DNA of 63,535 nucleotides, counting the filler, from Octopus bimaculoides (Eukaryota), in the NCBI RefSeq assembly GCF_001194135.2. It is 5 parts of 5 records of this genome, joined end to end, with 100 filler letters (N's around TTAATTAATTAA, not from the genome) between each part and the next. Parts side by side here need not be neighbours in the genome. Positions count along the whole stretch, not along the records: positions 24,766 to 39,694 come from NC_068988.1; positions 39,795 to 42,091 come from NC_068999.1; 3 more parts are not named here. One strand, written 5' to 3'. The notes beneath the pieces were generated by a model. That model had not been told where the DNA came from, searched no databases, and saw nothing but the letters and a program-made list of their open reading frames with translations. A program made the translations under genes and the position numbers. This document shows positions 26,064-40,097 of this stretch, in pieces. Numbering within the stretch: position 1 is the first letter of the stretch; every line of letters begins with the position of its first letter.

Positions 26064-27548
26064 GTTCTATTTTTGCTTTGTGTTCGTACAAGTTGACACG
26101 AAGTCTCACCCAGAGACCTCAAGAGACAAGTTAGAAGTTCATGTTGGTGTTATGCCTAGGGTGTCATATATTTGATTTTGCACATAGTATTGTTCTACAG
26201 AATGTATAAGAAGACATAAGAAAATTATGAGATTGTTTTAAAATTTGAGATGACAAACAGTCAATTATATAGGATACGGGCAGTTCCCATGAACACTATC
26301 TTTCGAATTTCTGACATTTTGAGGTTTCCTGGTATCTGAGCTAGGTAGCAATCAGCCCCTTTTGCTATCATTCCTAGGGCACCTATGGCAATAAGTATTG
26401 TTTTAGTCTTGAGGTTCCACATTTTGCCAATTTCTATCTCAAGATCTTTATACTTGCTCAGTTATTGGTAGGTCTTGACAGATATATTTATTTCGATTGG
26501 GACAGTCATATCAATGAGGAGGCATGACTTTTGTCTGAAGTCTTTCAATATAATCCCTGGCCTATTCGCATCTATTTTTTCTATCAGTTTGAATGGTGAA
26601 GTTCCAGAGGAGTATGATGTGATCATTTTCAAGCACTGTTTATCCTGGGACAGTTCCAGGTTTTTGCAAATTACCCAGTGAATATATTGTGCTGTTCTAT
26701 CATGCCTGATGAAACACAATGTAGGCGCAAGAAGATTGCACATGGAGACAACATGATCAATGGTTTCAGTTTGTTGCTGACATACACGACATGTTGGGCT
26801 ACTGCCGTTCTTTAATATGTTGCCCTGTTAGTTTCTTGTAAGTAGGCATTGATCTTGGGCTGCTATGATAGACCCTTCTGTTTCTGATTTTAAGCCAGAA
26901 GACACTAAACATTGATGGGTAAGGGCTTTGTCAGCATCGGTATTAAGTTCTCTTTGGGTATTTGCCATTGAGAGGTTTTTCTTGCCATTTATCAGTAAGA
27001 ATATCTAAGGAAGCAGTTTTAGCATGGGTTTTCATACGCTTAGCTTTTTCTGTGCTTGTTTCTAGTATGTCTAATTCTAGAATTTGTTGTATTTGGAATT
27101 CACTTAGATATTCCTTTGCGTGTTTTGTTAATGAGTATGATGTTTTCTTGTTTTCAGGTTTTGAGACAAGTTTTAACATTTAGTCATCAGAGTTTTTCAG
27201 GTAGGTATCTAGGCCAATTGTGGCAATCTTCATCTTTAATTCCAATTGTAAAAGTCCCCGGCCACCCTCTTTTCTTGGCAGGTAAAGTCGTTCTATATCT
27301 ACCTTAGGGTGATGCATGCTATGCATTGTCAACAATGTTCGTATTTTTCTATCAATATTACATATTTCAGTAATTGACTAATTAATATTGAAACTGTAAG
27401 TCACGACTGGTATGACTAATGTATTGATCGCTTTGATCCTGTTTCTTGCATTCAACTCTGTCTTTAGTATTGCCCTTACCCTGCGATAACATTCTCTTCT
27501 CATCTTTTCCCGCATCACTGAATGTTTGATTATGTTCCCTCATTATCG
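26062..27548 (-). mobile_element. 5'-truncated R4/Dong-like non-LTR retrotransposon (RT thumb, CCHC knuckle, restriction-like endonuclease), degenerate
   Basis: RECYRRVRAILKTELNARNRIKAINTLVIPVVTYSF...MHHPKVDIERLYLPRK.GGRGL; CRVCQQQTETIDHVVSMC...RHD; RPGIILKDFRQKSCLLIDMTVP (PD..D-type nuclease with PD altered). Contains stops and frameshifts. Both ends lie in (TAA)n tracts. Confidence 0.85.
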
Positions 27549-27564
27549 TTATTATTATTATTAC

Positions 27565-27643
<79 letters not shown>
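27549..27643. repeat. (TTA)n microsatellite at the 5' junction of the R4/Dong-like element
   Basis: About 30 units directly visible. Confidence 0.95.
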
Positions 27644-27645
<2 letters not shown>

Positions 27646-28204
27646 ATACAATTTATATTTAGATATCTCTGTCATCAATTTATAATTCTTCAATATTCCT
27701 TAAATTAATTCTCATCGGAAATATCACTGAGAGGTGTGACGTTATTATTGGACATTAGTGTTTTCTCGTTAGAGCTAATCGCTTATAAATTATTTGTGAA
27801 ACAGGTGAGATGTTTGTGGTTATAAAAGAGTATAATTATATAGCAAATAATTATATGGAAGATAATCATATGGGCCTCCGTTGATTTCGACGATGAAGAT
27901 GCAGGTATTTGATCAAATGTATTGTCTTCTCATTGAATTAGCGTATAAGTGGCCGCCAATTCAGCAAGCATAAGTTCACTATCCTAACAATTAGACGTCA
28001 TGCTTTCACATCGATAACTTCTAGAAAGTTCTTCTAAATAACAATAAGTGGTTTTACCCTAGCTAATTGACATATGTAATGCTAGACGGAAATTGCTTCA
28101 ACCGTGGTCAAGGGTACACAGGCCGTAGTAGTTCTCTAGTAAGAAACGGCAACAAATCCTATTTCTTATAGACACTACAGATCATGTCACCTAAAAATAC
28201 TCAC

Positions 28205-28870
28205 AAATGTGTATGTAGTTTGTCCGTCGATGCGACGAAGACCATCTAGTCATCCTGGGGTGGGGGTGGGCTTGCTTTGTGAGTCCTCAGATGGCTAGTG
28301 AGGCCAATCTGCGCCCGAAAGAGTCTTTGACAGTGTGGACAGGGAATGGTACTGCCTGCTACAGGGTTGTTAGCTCTGTTCTTCCTGGTTTGTCTGCGGT
28401 CTTCTGCAGCAGCGATCCTATTGGTCTCGCATGTGTTGGCACCCTTGTGGACAGCTGATCGCCAACTCTCTCTGTCTAGAGCAGACTGCTCCCAAGTTGC
28501 ATGGCCGATGTTGAAGGCTTACAGTGAAGCTTTCAGTATGTCCTTAAAGCGCTTCTTTTGACCGCCTTGTGAGCGCTTTCCCTTTTGCAGCTCGGCAAAG
28601 ATCAATCCTTTTGGTAATCGATCGTCTGACATGCGAGCTACGTGCCCTGCCCAGCGAAGCTGAGACTGCATCAAGATGGTATGGATGCTGAGGAGGTTAG
28701 CACGTATTAGTACCTCGGTGTTCGGGATCCTGTCCTGCCACTTTATGCCGAGAAGTTTTCTGATGCGTGGTTTAGCTTCATGACATGATGCTAGTAGACC
28801 GTTCAGGACTCGCAGCCGTAAAGCAGCGTTGTGAGAACAACAGCCCGGTACACCTTGATCTTCGACACAA
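28205..28870 (-). mobile_element. RTE-BovB-like LINE 3' fragment
   Basis: KIKVYRAVVLTTLLYGCES...LGIKWQDRIPNTEVL...QSQLRWAGHVARMSDDRLPKGLIFAELQKGKRSQGGQKKRFKDILKASL...CPHCQRLFRAQIGLTSHLRTH. Confidence 0.9.
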
Positions 28871-29250
28871 ATGTAGAATTGGGGTTATAAAGCAGTGTGA
28901 TGGGCGGGATCAGCTATAGAGAATGTTACTTAAGAGAAGAAAATGGAATCACAAAAACAGAATGGTATTTTAGGACTGAGCACAACACGAGGTATTTATA
29001 TTTGTTGCGTGGTTCGAATGTTAAAACATATTGGTCAATATTTCCACAGATGAACATAACTGACATATTATGCCTTACAAGTTCTAGTTACATAAGCTTA
29101 ATCCTCTGCTGGTAAAAAAAATGGCTCAAAAAGCTCTATCAAGTATTACTATATAATATTTACGTGCACACTGTATACGAATACATAGACATACACACAC
29201 AGAGATATATTGGTAGATAGATATACATAGATACATATGTACACACATAC

Positions 29251-29304
<54 letters not shown>

Positions 29305-30329
29305 NNNNNNNNNNNNNNNNNNNNNNNNNNNNNNNNNNNNNNNNNNNNNNNNNNNNNNNNNNNNNNNNNNNNNNNNNNNNNNNNNNNNNNNNNNNNNNNN
29401 NNNNNNNNNNNNNNNNNNNNNNNNNNNNNNNNNNNNNNNNNNNNNNNNNNNNNNNNNNNNNNNNNNNNNNNNNNNNNNNNNNNNNNNNNNNNNNNNNNNN
29501 NNNNNNNNNNNNNNNNNNNNNNNNNNNNNNNNNNNNNNNNNNNNNNNNNNNNNNNNNNNNNNNNNNNNNNNNNNNNNNNNNNNNNNNNNNNNNNNNNNNN
29601 NNNNNNNNNNNNNNNNNNNNNNNNNNNNNNNNNNNNNNNNNNNNNNNNNNNNNNNNNNNNNNNNNNNNNNNNNNNNNNNNNNNNNNNNNNNNNNNNNNNT
29701 ATATATATATATATTGCACACACATTTCTGATTTATATAATTTATTATTTCACCATTAGACACCTCGAAACCTCGAATATTCTATATTGATTCATTTCTT
29801 GTGTCACCTTGTTTCTGCTTTTGAGTTTTTTGTTTCTTTTTTTTCTTTTTTTTCATATTTTCTATATGGTCGAGCAGAGGGGATACGTAACACTCACTTT
29901 CACTTTTATTCTTGTTGTTTTCGTATTATTCGTTTTCCAATTTTCCTATTCTACTTTTTGCATTTGTGCTATTATCTCCATATGTGATATTTCTCTGATA
30001 CTATCTTACCATTGTTTTTCCACTTCTCGGCAGTGATTATCTGATTTATGGTAATATAGTATACATTTCTTTGACTTCTGCTTCACACTCTCTGCACCGG
30101 CCCTCTTTCACTAAACCACCCACCTACACCTCCATTTCCCTCGCCAAATCCAGTTTCTCTGCACCACGCTTCAGCCTCATCCCATATCGGTTCTGTGCGC
30201 CATTTTTACTTTTCACAAGCTTTCCCTTATTCGTTATATTTTTGTTTAGCTAGACCACCATTGGCCAATTTTTCTCCGTTCATCCCTTCCCTATATTAAT
30301 CTATCAATCTCTGTGTCTTTATATCCCAG

Positions 30330-30420
30330 CACCTTCTTCTTCTTCTTCTTCTTCTTCTTCTTCTTCTTCTTCTTCTTCTTCTTCTTCTTCTTCTTCTTCT
30401 TCTTCTTCTTCTTCTTCTTC
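30330..30420. repeat. Perfect (TTC)n tract, about 30 units
   Basis: Directly visible; it produces the poly-R ORF in the track. Confidence 0.95.
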
Positions 30421-31069
30421 TGCACACAAACGCATAACGCACATACTTATTTGTTTTGATCAACATTTCTTTGCTTCTTTCTCCTTTTCTCCCTCTCTTA
30501 ATACGCATGTTAAAATATATGCTAACCTCTCTCTCTCTCTTTTAAATATCAATGTCTCTATCTATCTATCGATTTGTCTATGTATTTGACTATACATATA
30601 TATATGTATGTGTGTACACACACACATATATAATATATATATATATATGCATTCCATGTATATATATAAAGAATAAAAAGTTTTGAATGGTACAACAACG
30701 CACTATAATATAAACAATGGGCTATATACCTGTTGTAATTTAGTCATCTATAGTCTGATGATATTTCGGAATATATATATATNNNNNNNNNNNNNNNNNN
30801 NNNNNNNNNNNNNNNNNNNNNNNNNNNNNNNNNNNNNNNNNNNNNNNNNNNNNNNNNNNNNNNNNNNNNNNNNNNNNNNNNNNNNNNNNNNNNNNNNNNN
30901 NNNNNNNNNNNNNNNNNNNNNNNNNNNNNNNNNNNNNNNNNNNNNNNNNNNNNNNNNNNNNNNNNNNNNNNNNNNNNNNNNGTATATATGTGTGTGTGTG
31001 TGTAGTTTACTGTTCAGTTAAAGTAAGATGAGGACAAAAATATACACTATCCAGTAACAGATAAATATC

Positions 31070-31400
31070 ATTTAATGTAAGGATCCCCTTTGGTCATAAA
31101 TGTCCATGGGACTGAGCGTAGCAAGTTACTCTTCGAGGAACAAGTTCGGACAAGGTAGATTATAGAAGACTAGAAGTCGTCCATCCATACCAATCTCCCT
31201 TCTCCACACCACCGATGTTATCCAAGAGAAAGTTAAAAACCAGTACAGCTTGGCACCAGTGACGTCGCAAATCATTTCTACTAAGTAAACTGGAGCAACG
31301 AGAGATTAAGTGTAATTGCTCAAGAACACAACACATAACCCGGCCCGGGAATCGAACTTACTACCTCGTGATTGTGAGCCCGACGCTTTAACAACTAAGC
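31070..31400 (-). mobile_element. tRNA-head SINE (CTCCAGTTTACT/TGTGTTCTTGAGCAA core family)
   Basis: Minus-strand head GGCTTAGTTGTTAAAGCGTCGGGCTCACAATCACGAGG...TTCGATTCCCGG; the core is shared with 9887-10170, 41540-41690, 45430-45960 and 62740-62880. Confidence 0.75.
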
Positions 31401-31504
31401 CCGCATTTTTGTACATTTAATGTACAGTGTGTTAAAATAACAGCTACCCATTGTCTCTTGCCATTAAGAAACGTGGTTAGGCTTGTATATGTATGCATAT
31501 ACCA

Positions 31505-32112
31505 GAGCAGGAATGGTTGTGTAGTAAGTAGCTTGCTTACCAACCACATGGTTCCGGGTTCTGTCCCATTGTGTGGTACTTTGGGCAAGTGTCTTCTACT
31601 AAAGCCTCTGGCCGAATGTTATGTCTCAACGCTACTACTATCTAGCACCTTCGGATGATCTCTACTCAACCGCTACACAACTGCTACTCGACTGCTACTC
31701 AACACCTCTATTTATATGTCTTGGGAGATCTTACTTCTTCGCTTTGGGGCGTCGAGACAACACCGACCAAAGCCTTGTGAGTGAATTTAGCAGACGAACA
31801 CACGAAGAAGCCTGTCGTTTACATACAGATGTGTGTGTGTGTGCGCGTGTGTGTGTGTGTGTGTGTGATTGCGTGTGTGTGTGCTTGCGTGTGTGTGTGT
31901 GTGTGTGTGTGTGTTTGTCTGTGATTTTCCCCTCAACATCGCTTGACAACCGATGATGTGTTTACGTCCCCGTAACCTGGCGGTTAGGCAACAGAGGTCG
32001 ATAGAATAAGTACTTACAAAGAATATGTCCTGAGGTCGATTTGTCGACTAAAGGCGGTGCTCCAGCATGGCCACAGTCAAATGACTAAAACAGGTAAAAG
32101 AATAAAAGAAAA
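31505..32112 (+). mobile_element. Full-length SINE with internal (TG)n tract
   Basis: Head GGTTGTGTAGTAAGTAGCTTGCTTACCAACCACATGGTTCCGGGTTC, internal TG repeat, tail CCAGCATGGCCACAGTCAAATGACTAAAACAGGTAAAAGAATAAAAG. Confidence 0.82.
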
Positions 32113-33366
32113 AGAATACCCACACACACACACATACATACATATAAAAGTCCCTCATTGACAATTTCCTAACACTCGTTCTCTCTAACATAATACTCCT
32201 TAAATTTATTCTCTCTCTCTCTCTCTTAATCTCCTTCTCTCCATTCGAATACTTTTGTTCACAAATACACTGCTATTGTCCTTCTCTTCTCTCCTTTTCT
32301 TTCTCTCTCTCCCTCTCTACATTTCAAATACTCTCAATTAATTTCTTCGTTAGTCTTATCTCAAAAGCTTTCCCCATTTTCACCTCTCTCTATGTCCACA
32401 TTCCGAAAATTTGAAGTTCTCTCCCACTCTGCTGCATCACCTTCGCCTCCCTCACGCTATACCCCTTCATATACTGTCAATCTCCCTTCGTCACCTCACA
32501 ACCCCCTCTCTCTCTTTCTGTTTCTCTCTCTGAGCCTCTGCGTTTACAAAATTCTATTCTGTCCTCTCTCACTTCCTTACCCTTACTAGTCGTTTCTCTT
32601 GCTAACTCACAATATGTTCTCCTCGCATATTTCTCTTTTTACCACAATTACACACAGATCGAACACTCTGTCTTTGTCTTTCTATCTCTCTTCTTCTCTA
32701 TCCATTTTCCTCTCTCACTCACTTCCTCGCTTTCTCTCCCTCATTTTCTCCCTCTTTGCTTTTTAATTCTCCCGCTTTCTACTTCAATCTGTACTATCTC
32801 ATATTTTCATTACACGCATTTTTAATAGCAATTTAATAAATAAATAAACAAAAAATAAAACAAACAAAGAAACAAATAAAGAAAAGACACCATGAACATT
32901 ATTTTTTTTCTTCTATGCCTTCTTCATTCTATTTATGCCTAATGCATAGAGTACTGCAACTCCTAAACAATAAGGTGCCGTTACTCAGAGCAGCATGAAC
33001 ATTTTCTGCCTGAAGTGTCAGAAAGTTGATAGGATTATGAAAGGTTTTGCTCTGAATTATAGACAATCGGCTCTTCCGCAAATGTTTACCTTTAACTGTA
33101 AAAATAGCCATACATGGCACGGAGGCATATATACTGTAAATGTATGTAGAGGTGTATATATATATATATATATATATNNNNNNNNNNNNNNNNNNNNNNN
33201 NNNNNNNNNNNNNNNNNNNNNNNNNNNNNNNNNNNNNNNNNNNNNNNNNNNNNNNNNNNNNNNNNNNNNNNNNNNNNNNNNNNNNNNNNNNNNNNNNNNN
33301 NNNNNNNNNNNNNNNNNNNNNNNNNNNNNNNNNNNNNNNNNNNNNNNNNNNNNNNNNNNNNNNNNN

Positions 33367-33402
<36 letters not shown>

Positions 33403-34109
33403 AAGAGAGACATACAGAGAGGGTGAAATAGATAGCTGCATACATCCAACCATACATACACAAGCAAACATACATTTATACATACATACTTACACATATA
33501 CATACATGCATACATACATACATACATACATACATAAATAGATACATACACACACACACACGCATGCATACATACATATACATACATAAGAATTAACTTA
33601 TGCACACTCTTACGTATATTAAATGCATTTCATAAACACAACTACCTCCACTGCACAAATATGTATTCTACGGTCACAACACAACATTTCGTTAGGTGCG
33701 CACAAAACGGGGAAGTCAAATACCAACTTTCGTGTGTATTTTGGTTTAACAGAGCTCGGACAAGTAGTACCACATTATAGCTATTCAAATTTTGGCACAA
33801 TAGCAGCAATTTCAGGAGTGCTTGGTACATCGACGACATCGACCCCAGTGTGCATCTGGTATTTAATTTATCGTCCCTCAAGGGATGAAAGGCAAAATCC
33901 ACCTCAGCGTCATTTGAAATCAGAACATGAAGACGGACGAAATGCAGCTGAGCACTTTGCTTGGCGTGCTAACACTTCTGTCAGCTCAACGCCTTATCTC
34001 TAGAATTGTTAAATTTAAATTGGTATAAATACATATGCAAATATGTGTATGAATGTGCATACATATATATACATATATGCACATGGCTGTGCAAGCGCAG
34101 ACGTGACCG

Positions 34110-34535
34110 AGTTTAGGCCCAGGCGTAGCTGTGTGGTAAGAGCTTGCTTCTCAACCACATGGCTTCTGTTTCGGGTTCAGTCCTACTATGTGGCACCTTG
34201 TGTGTCTTCTATAGTCTAGGGCCAGCCAAAGTCTTGTGATTGGATTTGGTAGGCGGAAAATGAAAAACGCCAGTCGTATATGTATGTTTATATGTGTGTG
34301 TGGTTGTTTGCGTGTGTGTCACAGTATCTGTGTTTGTCCTCCCATTACAGCTTGACAATTGGTGTCGGTGTGTTTACGTCCTCGTAACCTAGCAGTTCGG
34401 CAAAAGAACCGGATAGAAGTACTGGGCTTAAGAAATAAGTCCTGATGTCTTTTTGTTCGACTAAAACCCTTCAATGCGGTACTCCAGCATGGCTACAATC
34501 AAATGACTAAATCAAGTAAAAGAATAAAAGAATAA
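34110..34535 (+). mobile_element. Full-length SINE, same family as 31505-32112
   Basis: Same head, internal TA/TG tract and AAGTAAAAGAATAAAAGAAT tail. Confidence 0.82.
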
Positions 34536-34704
34536 TGTATGTATGTATGTATGTATGTACATATTTTATCTTCTACTTGCTTTAGTGACTAGAATGTGGC
34601 CATGCTTCAACACCAACTCGAACAATTTTAGTCGACCGAATCAACTTGTTTTTTAAGCCAATTGCTTAACATATATATATATTTATAGAAAAATTGATAG
34701 ATAA

Positions 34705-34735
<31 letters not shown>

Positions 34736-35089
34736 CATCACCTACTTCCGAGGCCACATATATATCGAGAGAAAGCTAATAAGATTGACCCCTTCTGCAG
34801 TATAAGTCTTTTGGAATTTTACTTGACACACTTTACAGACGGAGCTAGAATCGCAGAATGCCTGAAATAATCTTATTAGCAATTGTTAGACTAATTGCCA
34901 AACTAAAATAGCTTACAACAATGACTATCTAGTAACGTCGTCCTAAATATGAGTTGCCGTCATTCCCAAACACAAGATGTTCCCAAATGGATGAATGTCT
35001 GTGCGGGAAATGTATTTTCTGTAGCGTCAAAATTTCCATGTCAGACACCTTTAAACAACTACACGCAGCCATGCCTTTTATTAATTAGA

Positions 35090-35490
35090 AAAAGCTTTGT
35101 TGCTCTTTACATGACTTAAACATTAAATCTTTATTCTCTCCGTTGCCCAGAAGACCTTATCGTTAGATTCTGACTTCATCCAAGGCTGGGGCCCCGTATC
35201 ATACTCTCTCAGCACAGTTTAGGATCACAACACAAATTCATTGCAACACAATTTCTTTTTCTCAACAGGCCCTGTTCTTTTCGACACTATCCCAAAGCAA
35301 ATCAAAGAAGAAAAATATCCCATTACTTTCAAAGAAAACCTGAACAAATTTGTTCAAGGGATGCCATATAAGCAACCTGTACCTGGATACATCTCCGTCA
35401 GCACACAACTCCGTACTTCAATTAGCCGATACCACAAAACTTGAATCTCACGATCAATGTAAGTGATAAACTTCACCATCCAGGAAAACG
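35090..35490 (+). mobile_element. CR1/L2-like LINE 3' remnant
   Basis: HNFFFSTGPVLFDTIPKQIKEEKYPITFKENLNKFVQGMPYKQPVPGY resembles the CR1 ORF2 C-terminus. GATCAATGTAAGTGATAA.CTTCAC.ATCC is shared with 37245-37280. Confidence 0.55.
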
Positions 35491-37311
35491 AATAAATTCA
35501 ACATTAGTAAGGACTGCTTCACAAAGACACTCCAACCTTTTCAGACGTAGAAAGTACTTCAGCTCCTAACAAAAACCTTCTTAACGGATCTTATCAAGTG
35601 GTGATAATAAGTTAGACATGGTCTGGCCTTTTCTTTGGTCGAAACATACCCAAATTATCTAAGTTACTATAAAAAAGGAGCAAAGTAGTTTAGATTCTTT
35701 TACGCCATTTGTACATGTAACATTATATTGCGGTGCAATATAAATTCTCGAATATAATCTTTCACCTCGGTTTCTATTTCATATATGGATATATGGAACC
35801 ATTGCATTTCTCAGTTTTTTTCACAGTGGGCGATGAGGTATTTCTGAGAGTGCTTCCTTTGATCTCCAGTCTTTCATCATTTTGTTTTTTATATAACGGA
35901 AAACTCCTGTTCTATTGCACAGTTTGAGTCTTATTTGACTTACGCATTCACTTTAATCTTGTATTTCGCACCATAGGAGTTCCACTTTTTTTTCTGCAAC
36001 ATGATGTTGTATTATATTCACTGATTACACACTGGTGAAAAACAACAATGTTTTTATTGAATAATGACGAATGCGAACTGAAAGCATAAAGACTAATTAC
36101 TTTATCTGGTTTTATTGCATCGCAATTGTCATACTGATTGTTCAATAACTTACCTCCTAAACATTGTAAATGTAATCCTAGTTACACAGCTATATCGTTA
36201 GATATATCGTTACGTCAGTCAATATATGGGAAGTTTTTTTCAGGGCAGTAGTCGTAGAAGGTGAAGGCTTACTGTTAGTTTCACCATTGTGTACATTATT
36301 CTGTGGCATCAAATTCTGACACAATTTTGGCTGAGCTTAGATAATAAAATAATGTTGGATCCTATCTGAGGAAATATAAATATGAAATCGTTTAAACAAA
36401 TATACATTTTTTAATGTTTATGAATGTTCTTGGATAACAGACCACCTCATAACTGTTTCTACACCCAGTCAAAAACTGAAAATTTAAATGCAGTGGATAA
36501 AAAAACTAACAATTTTTTTTATTAACCCAAACATCTGAAAAAAAACGACGAATGGAGGATTTAATAGAACTTCAAGTAGACATCGGAAATGATGGAGTGC
36601 TAACTGAACAGGAGGTAGACTCCTACTATGTGGCAAATGCCAGCAACAGATTACTATTACCAGCCAAATTAAAAGTCTATGCAAAATGTATATATTAACC
36701 GCAGGGAGAACGAGAAGAGACCTTTGAAACCTGCTCTAATATCTAAAATTATTGTACGGCAAGAATCTGTAGTTCTAGGTTTTATTCTGTTTCCCCCCCC
36801 CCCACAGTACTTTTAATGGTAGGTTTATAGCTGTGGATTAAACGGTGTACAAGACACGCGTCTCTAATAATGAGAGGTGCTCACAGCACTCCTCCAGCCG
36901 GATAATGTGATCGGTGGTCAATTCTTGCATTCTACAGAGGGTTATTTACAGCCGAGCAAGATGACAATCCCGAAAATCTCTTACCATTGATAACTCTCCT
37001 CGTGCCACACAGTTACGTCCCTTTCAATTCATTTACTGCGATTCATAGTCTCCTTCCCATACTCGTCAAAATACACCCGCTAGTGGTCTCTGAACTTTTC
37101 CAATCACCAACAATTCTTCGATCATATCGCTTCATCTAATAGGTCATGCTCATCTTATCTCCTTCCACAATATACACCAAGGAAGCAGTACCGCACCAAT
37201 CCACCCACCCACCCAAGAAGGAACTGCTCGCAGATAGAATCTTCAGGATCAATGTAAGTGATAAGCTTCACTATCCTTCCAAACAGCAACCCTCTACAAA
37301 TATTAATTGAT

Positions 37312-37530
37312 AAGGCGGCGAGCTGGCAGAAACGTTAGGACGCCGGGCGAAATGCTTAGCGGTATTTCGTCTGGCTTTACGTTCTGAGTTCAAATTCCAC
37401 TGAGGTCGACTTTGCTTTAATCCTTTCGGGGTCGATAAATTAAGTACCAGCTGTGTACTAGGGTCGATCTAATCGACTGGCTCCTCCCCTAAAATTTCGG
37501 GCCTTTTACCTAAAGTAGAAAAAAATCTTA
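37312..37530 (+). mobile_element. tRNA-head SINE (GGCGGCGAGCTGGCAGAA family)
   Basis: Near-collinear with 17996-18214. Confidence 0.85.
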
Positions 37531-38507
37531 ATTGATACACATAAAAGGGGACTGTCCCCATACCGTGGACGTTGTTATTGCTGCACTCACAGACATACTT
37601 CACCTCATCCAAAGAAAGTATTCCCACATGTAGCTCACAGACAAGCTGATTTAGACTTTTCACAGATGTTCATCAGTTCCATAGAGATAAGCTCATACCA
37701 GCTAAGTTTAAGAACTTGAGACACTTTCGTCCTTACATTTTGTCCATCTAGCTGACTTCACGCCGATTTCTATCCCCAAGCCTCTTGTTCAGAAGAATGC
37801 CTACTGGAATCCATGCAAGTAACTGCTTACAACTTACGATTGTTTAAGAGCTCAATAACTACGCAAGAAGGTAGCAATCATTATGGACTGTACATATATC
37901 CCTAAGATCTAACCAGTACAAAAACAGCCAATGCTGACTGACGTCAATGTCATCAGGCTGGTGGTTTACTGTAGGTGATTGGCGTCTGGTTTAAACCAAA
38001 GCTTCATGTAGTAATTTTGATAAGGTTACAAGCACAGAAGCCTGCCTTACCTAGAAATAGGCTAAGAGGATGTCAACGTTTTACTGTATATGTGTACAAG
38101 ATAGCTGTAACCTTTCTGTTTAAAATGGTTTGTACGTATGAATGACTTGTCCTATTATTATGGTTGTCGATGGTAAAGTCATAACAATATTACTGTTACT
38201 CTGGCTGATATTATTTTTAGTTTGCAATTTTTGTATTTATACAAGCATTTTTTTTTTTATCATTCCAGCAGTGTGTTTGATATCTTTGTTAGTCGTTATT
38301 GTTATTAATTCTCCTCAACCTGATGTTATTTATTATCTATTTTTTTAAATGTATTTTGTATAACTTTGACTCTTATAGATAACATAAACGAACCAAACTC
38401 GAATATAGTAAGGAAAGTAAGTGCAGAAGGAGCGACAATAACAAATCAGAAAATCAACCTAGGAAAAAATAAGTAGAAATTATTAATATATATGTGTGCG
38501 CGTGTGA

Positions 38508-38544
<37 letters not shown>

Positions 38545-39267
38545 ATATATACATACATACATACANNNNNNNNNNNNNNNNNNNNNNNNNNNNNNNNNNN
38601 NNNNNNNNNNNNNNNNNNNNNNNNNNNNNNNNNNNNNNNNNNNNNNNNNNNNNNNNNNNNNNNNNNNNNNNNNNNNNNNNNNNNNNNNNNNNNNNNNNNN
38701 NNNNNNNNNNNNNNNNNNNNNNNNNNNNNNNNNNNNNNNNNNNNNNNNNNNNNNNNNNNNNNNNNNNNNNNNNNNNNNGATAAATAGTACCCAAGGTATA
38801 AGAGATAGAAATCAATAATGACGAATGAAGAAAATATATTAGGTAGAGAATTATATTAAAAGGTTTTAAAAACGAGTTTGCTGAAAGTACTTCTTTATTT
38901 CCATTTGTTTATCATAAGAAGCGATAGTAAACGTGATTTAAACTGTTGCACTTTGAAAGTAAAACAACACATGAGATGAAGATTGTTTCTATGTTGCTGT
39001 ATAATACATAGTTAAGAAGCTTCGGAGATTATATATAAAATGAGCTATTCAATTCAGGTAAATTCGGTTAGCATTTTTTTCTTTGTTTTTACTGTTTTTG
39101 AAATTTGTTTATACGTAAGTATGATTTTATGTTTGTGTATATGTGTGTGTTTGGATGCGCATGTATGCGTGCGTTTGTTTATGTACTTCTGAAGATGTCT
39201 ATATGAGCAAGAAATATAAACATAGACATACATACACACACACACACACACAATCAACATTCATAGT

Positions 39268-39309
<42 letters not shown>

Positions 39310-39694
39310 NNNNNNNNNNCATACACATATATACATACATATACATATATACACATACATACATGCATAAATATCGTACACATCAAAGTGCATGTGTGCA
39401 CCAGCACGTTCACACGCATATATACACGTGTGTGTGTGTTTGTGTGTATATGTGTATCTGTGTCTATGTGTGCATTTGCGTATGTATATGTACATGCATA
39501 TATGTGTATATGGCTGCCAAGGTTACCCTCTTTACCAACTAATTGTGTTGGGAACCTCAATTTAGCCGCATAATGCTGAACAACGCATGGATTGAACAGG
39601 ATGAAATCATCTCCGGGAGTAGGACTCTCCTTTTAAGGTAGCTCTCTGATCTGTATCATATTTTAACACACACACACACACACACAGACACACA

Positions 39695-39794
39695 NNNNNN
39701 NNNNNNNNNNNNNNNNNNNNNNNNNNNNNNNNNNNNNNTTAATTAATTAANNNNNNNNNNNNNNNNNNNNNNNNNNNNNNNNNNNNNNNNNNNN
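39695..39794. other. Artificial scaffold join (44 N + TTAATTAATTAA + 44 N)
   Basis: Same 100-bp spacer; the right side starts in the middle of a SINE. Confidence 0.95.
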
Positions 39795-40046
39795 AAAGAA
39801 GCCCGTCGTATATATGTAAATATATGTGTATGTGTGTGTTTGTGTGTCTGTGTTTGTTCCCCCAACATCGCTTGACAACCGATGCTGGTGTGTTTACGTC
39901 CCCCTAACTTAGCGGTTCGGCAAAATAGACCGATAGAATAAGTACTAGGATTCCAAAGAATTTGTCCTGGGGTTGATTTGCTCGACTAAAGGCGGTGCTC
40001 CAGCATGGCCGCAGTCAAATGACTGAAACAAGTAAAAGAGTAAAAG
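39795..40046 (+). mobile_element. SINE 3' half
   Basis: GAAGCCCGTCG...(TG)n...GGTTCGGCAAAATAGACCGATAGAATAAGTACTAGG...GTCAAATGACTGAAACAAGTAAAAGAGTAAAAG. Confidence 0.85.
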
Positions 40047-40069
40047 TACCAATAAGCAACAATTTCATT

Positions 40070-40097
40070 CCCGGGCAACGCCGGGTGGCTCTGCTAG
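40070..40097 (+). mobile_element. Helitron-type 3' terminus
   Basis: CCCGG-GCAACG-CCGGG hairpin followed 8 nt later by CTAG|T, the canonical Helitron 3' end. Confidence 0.65.
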
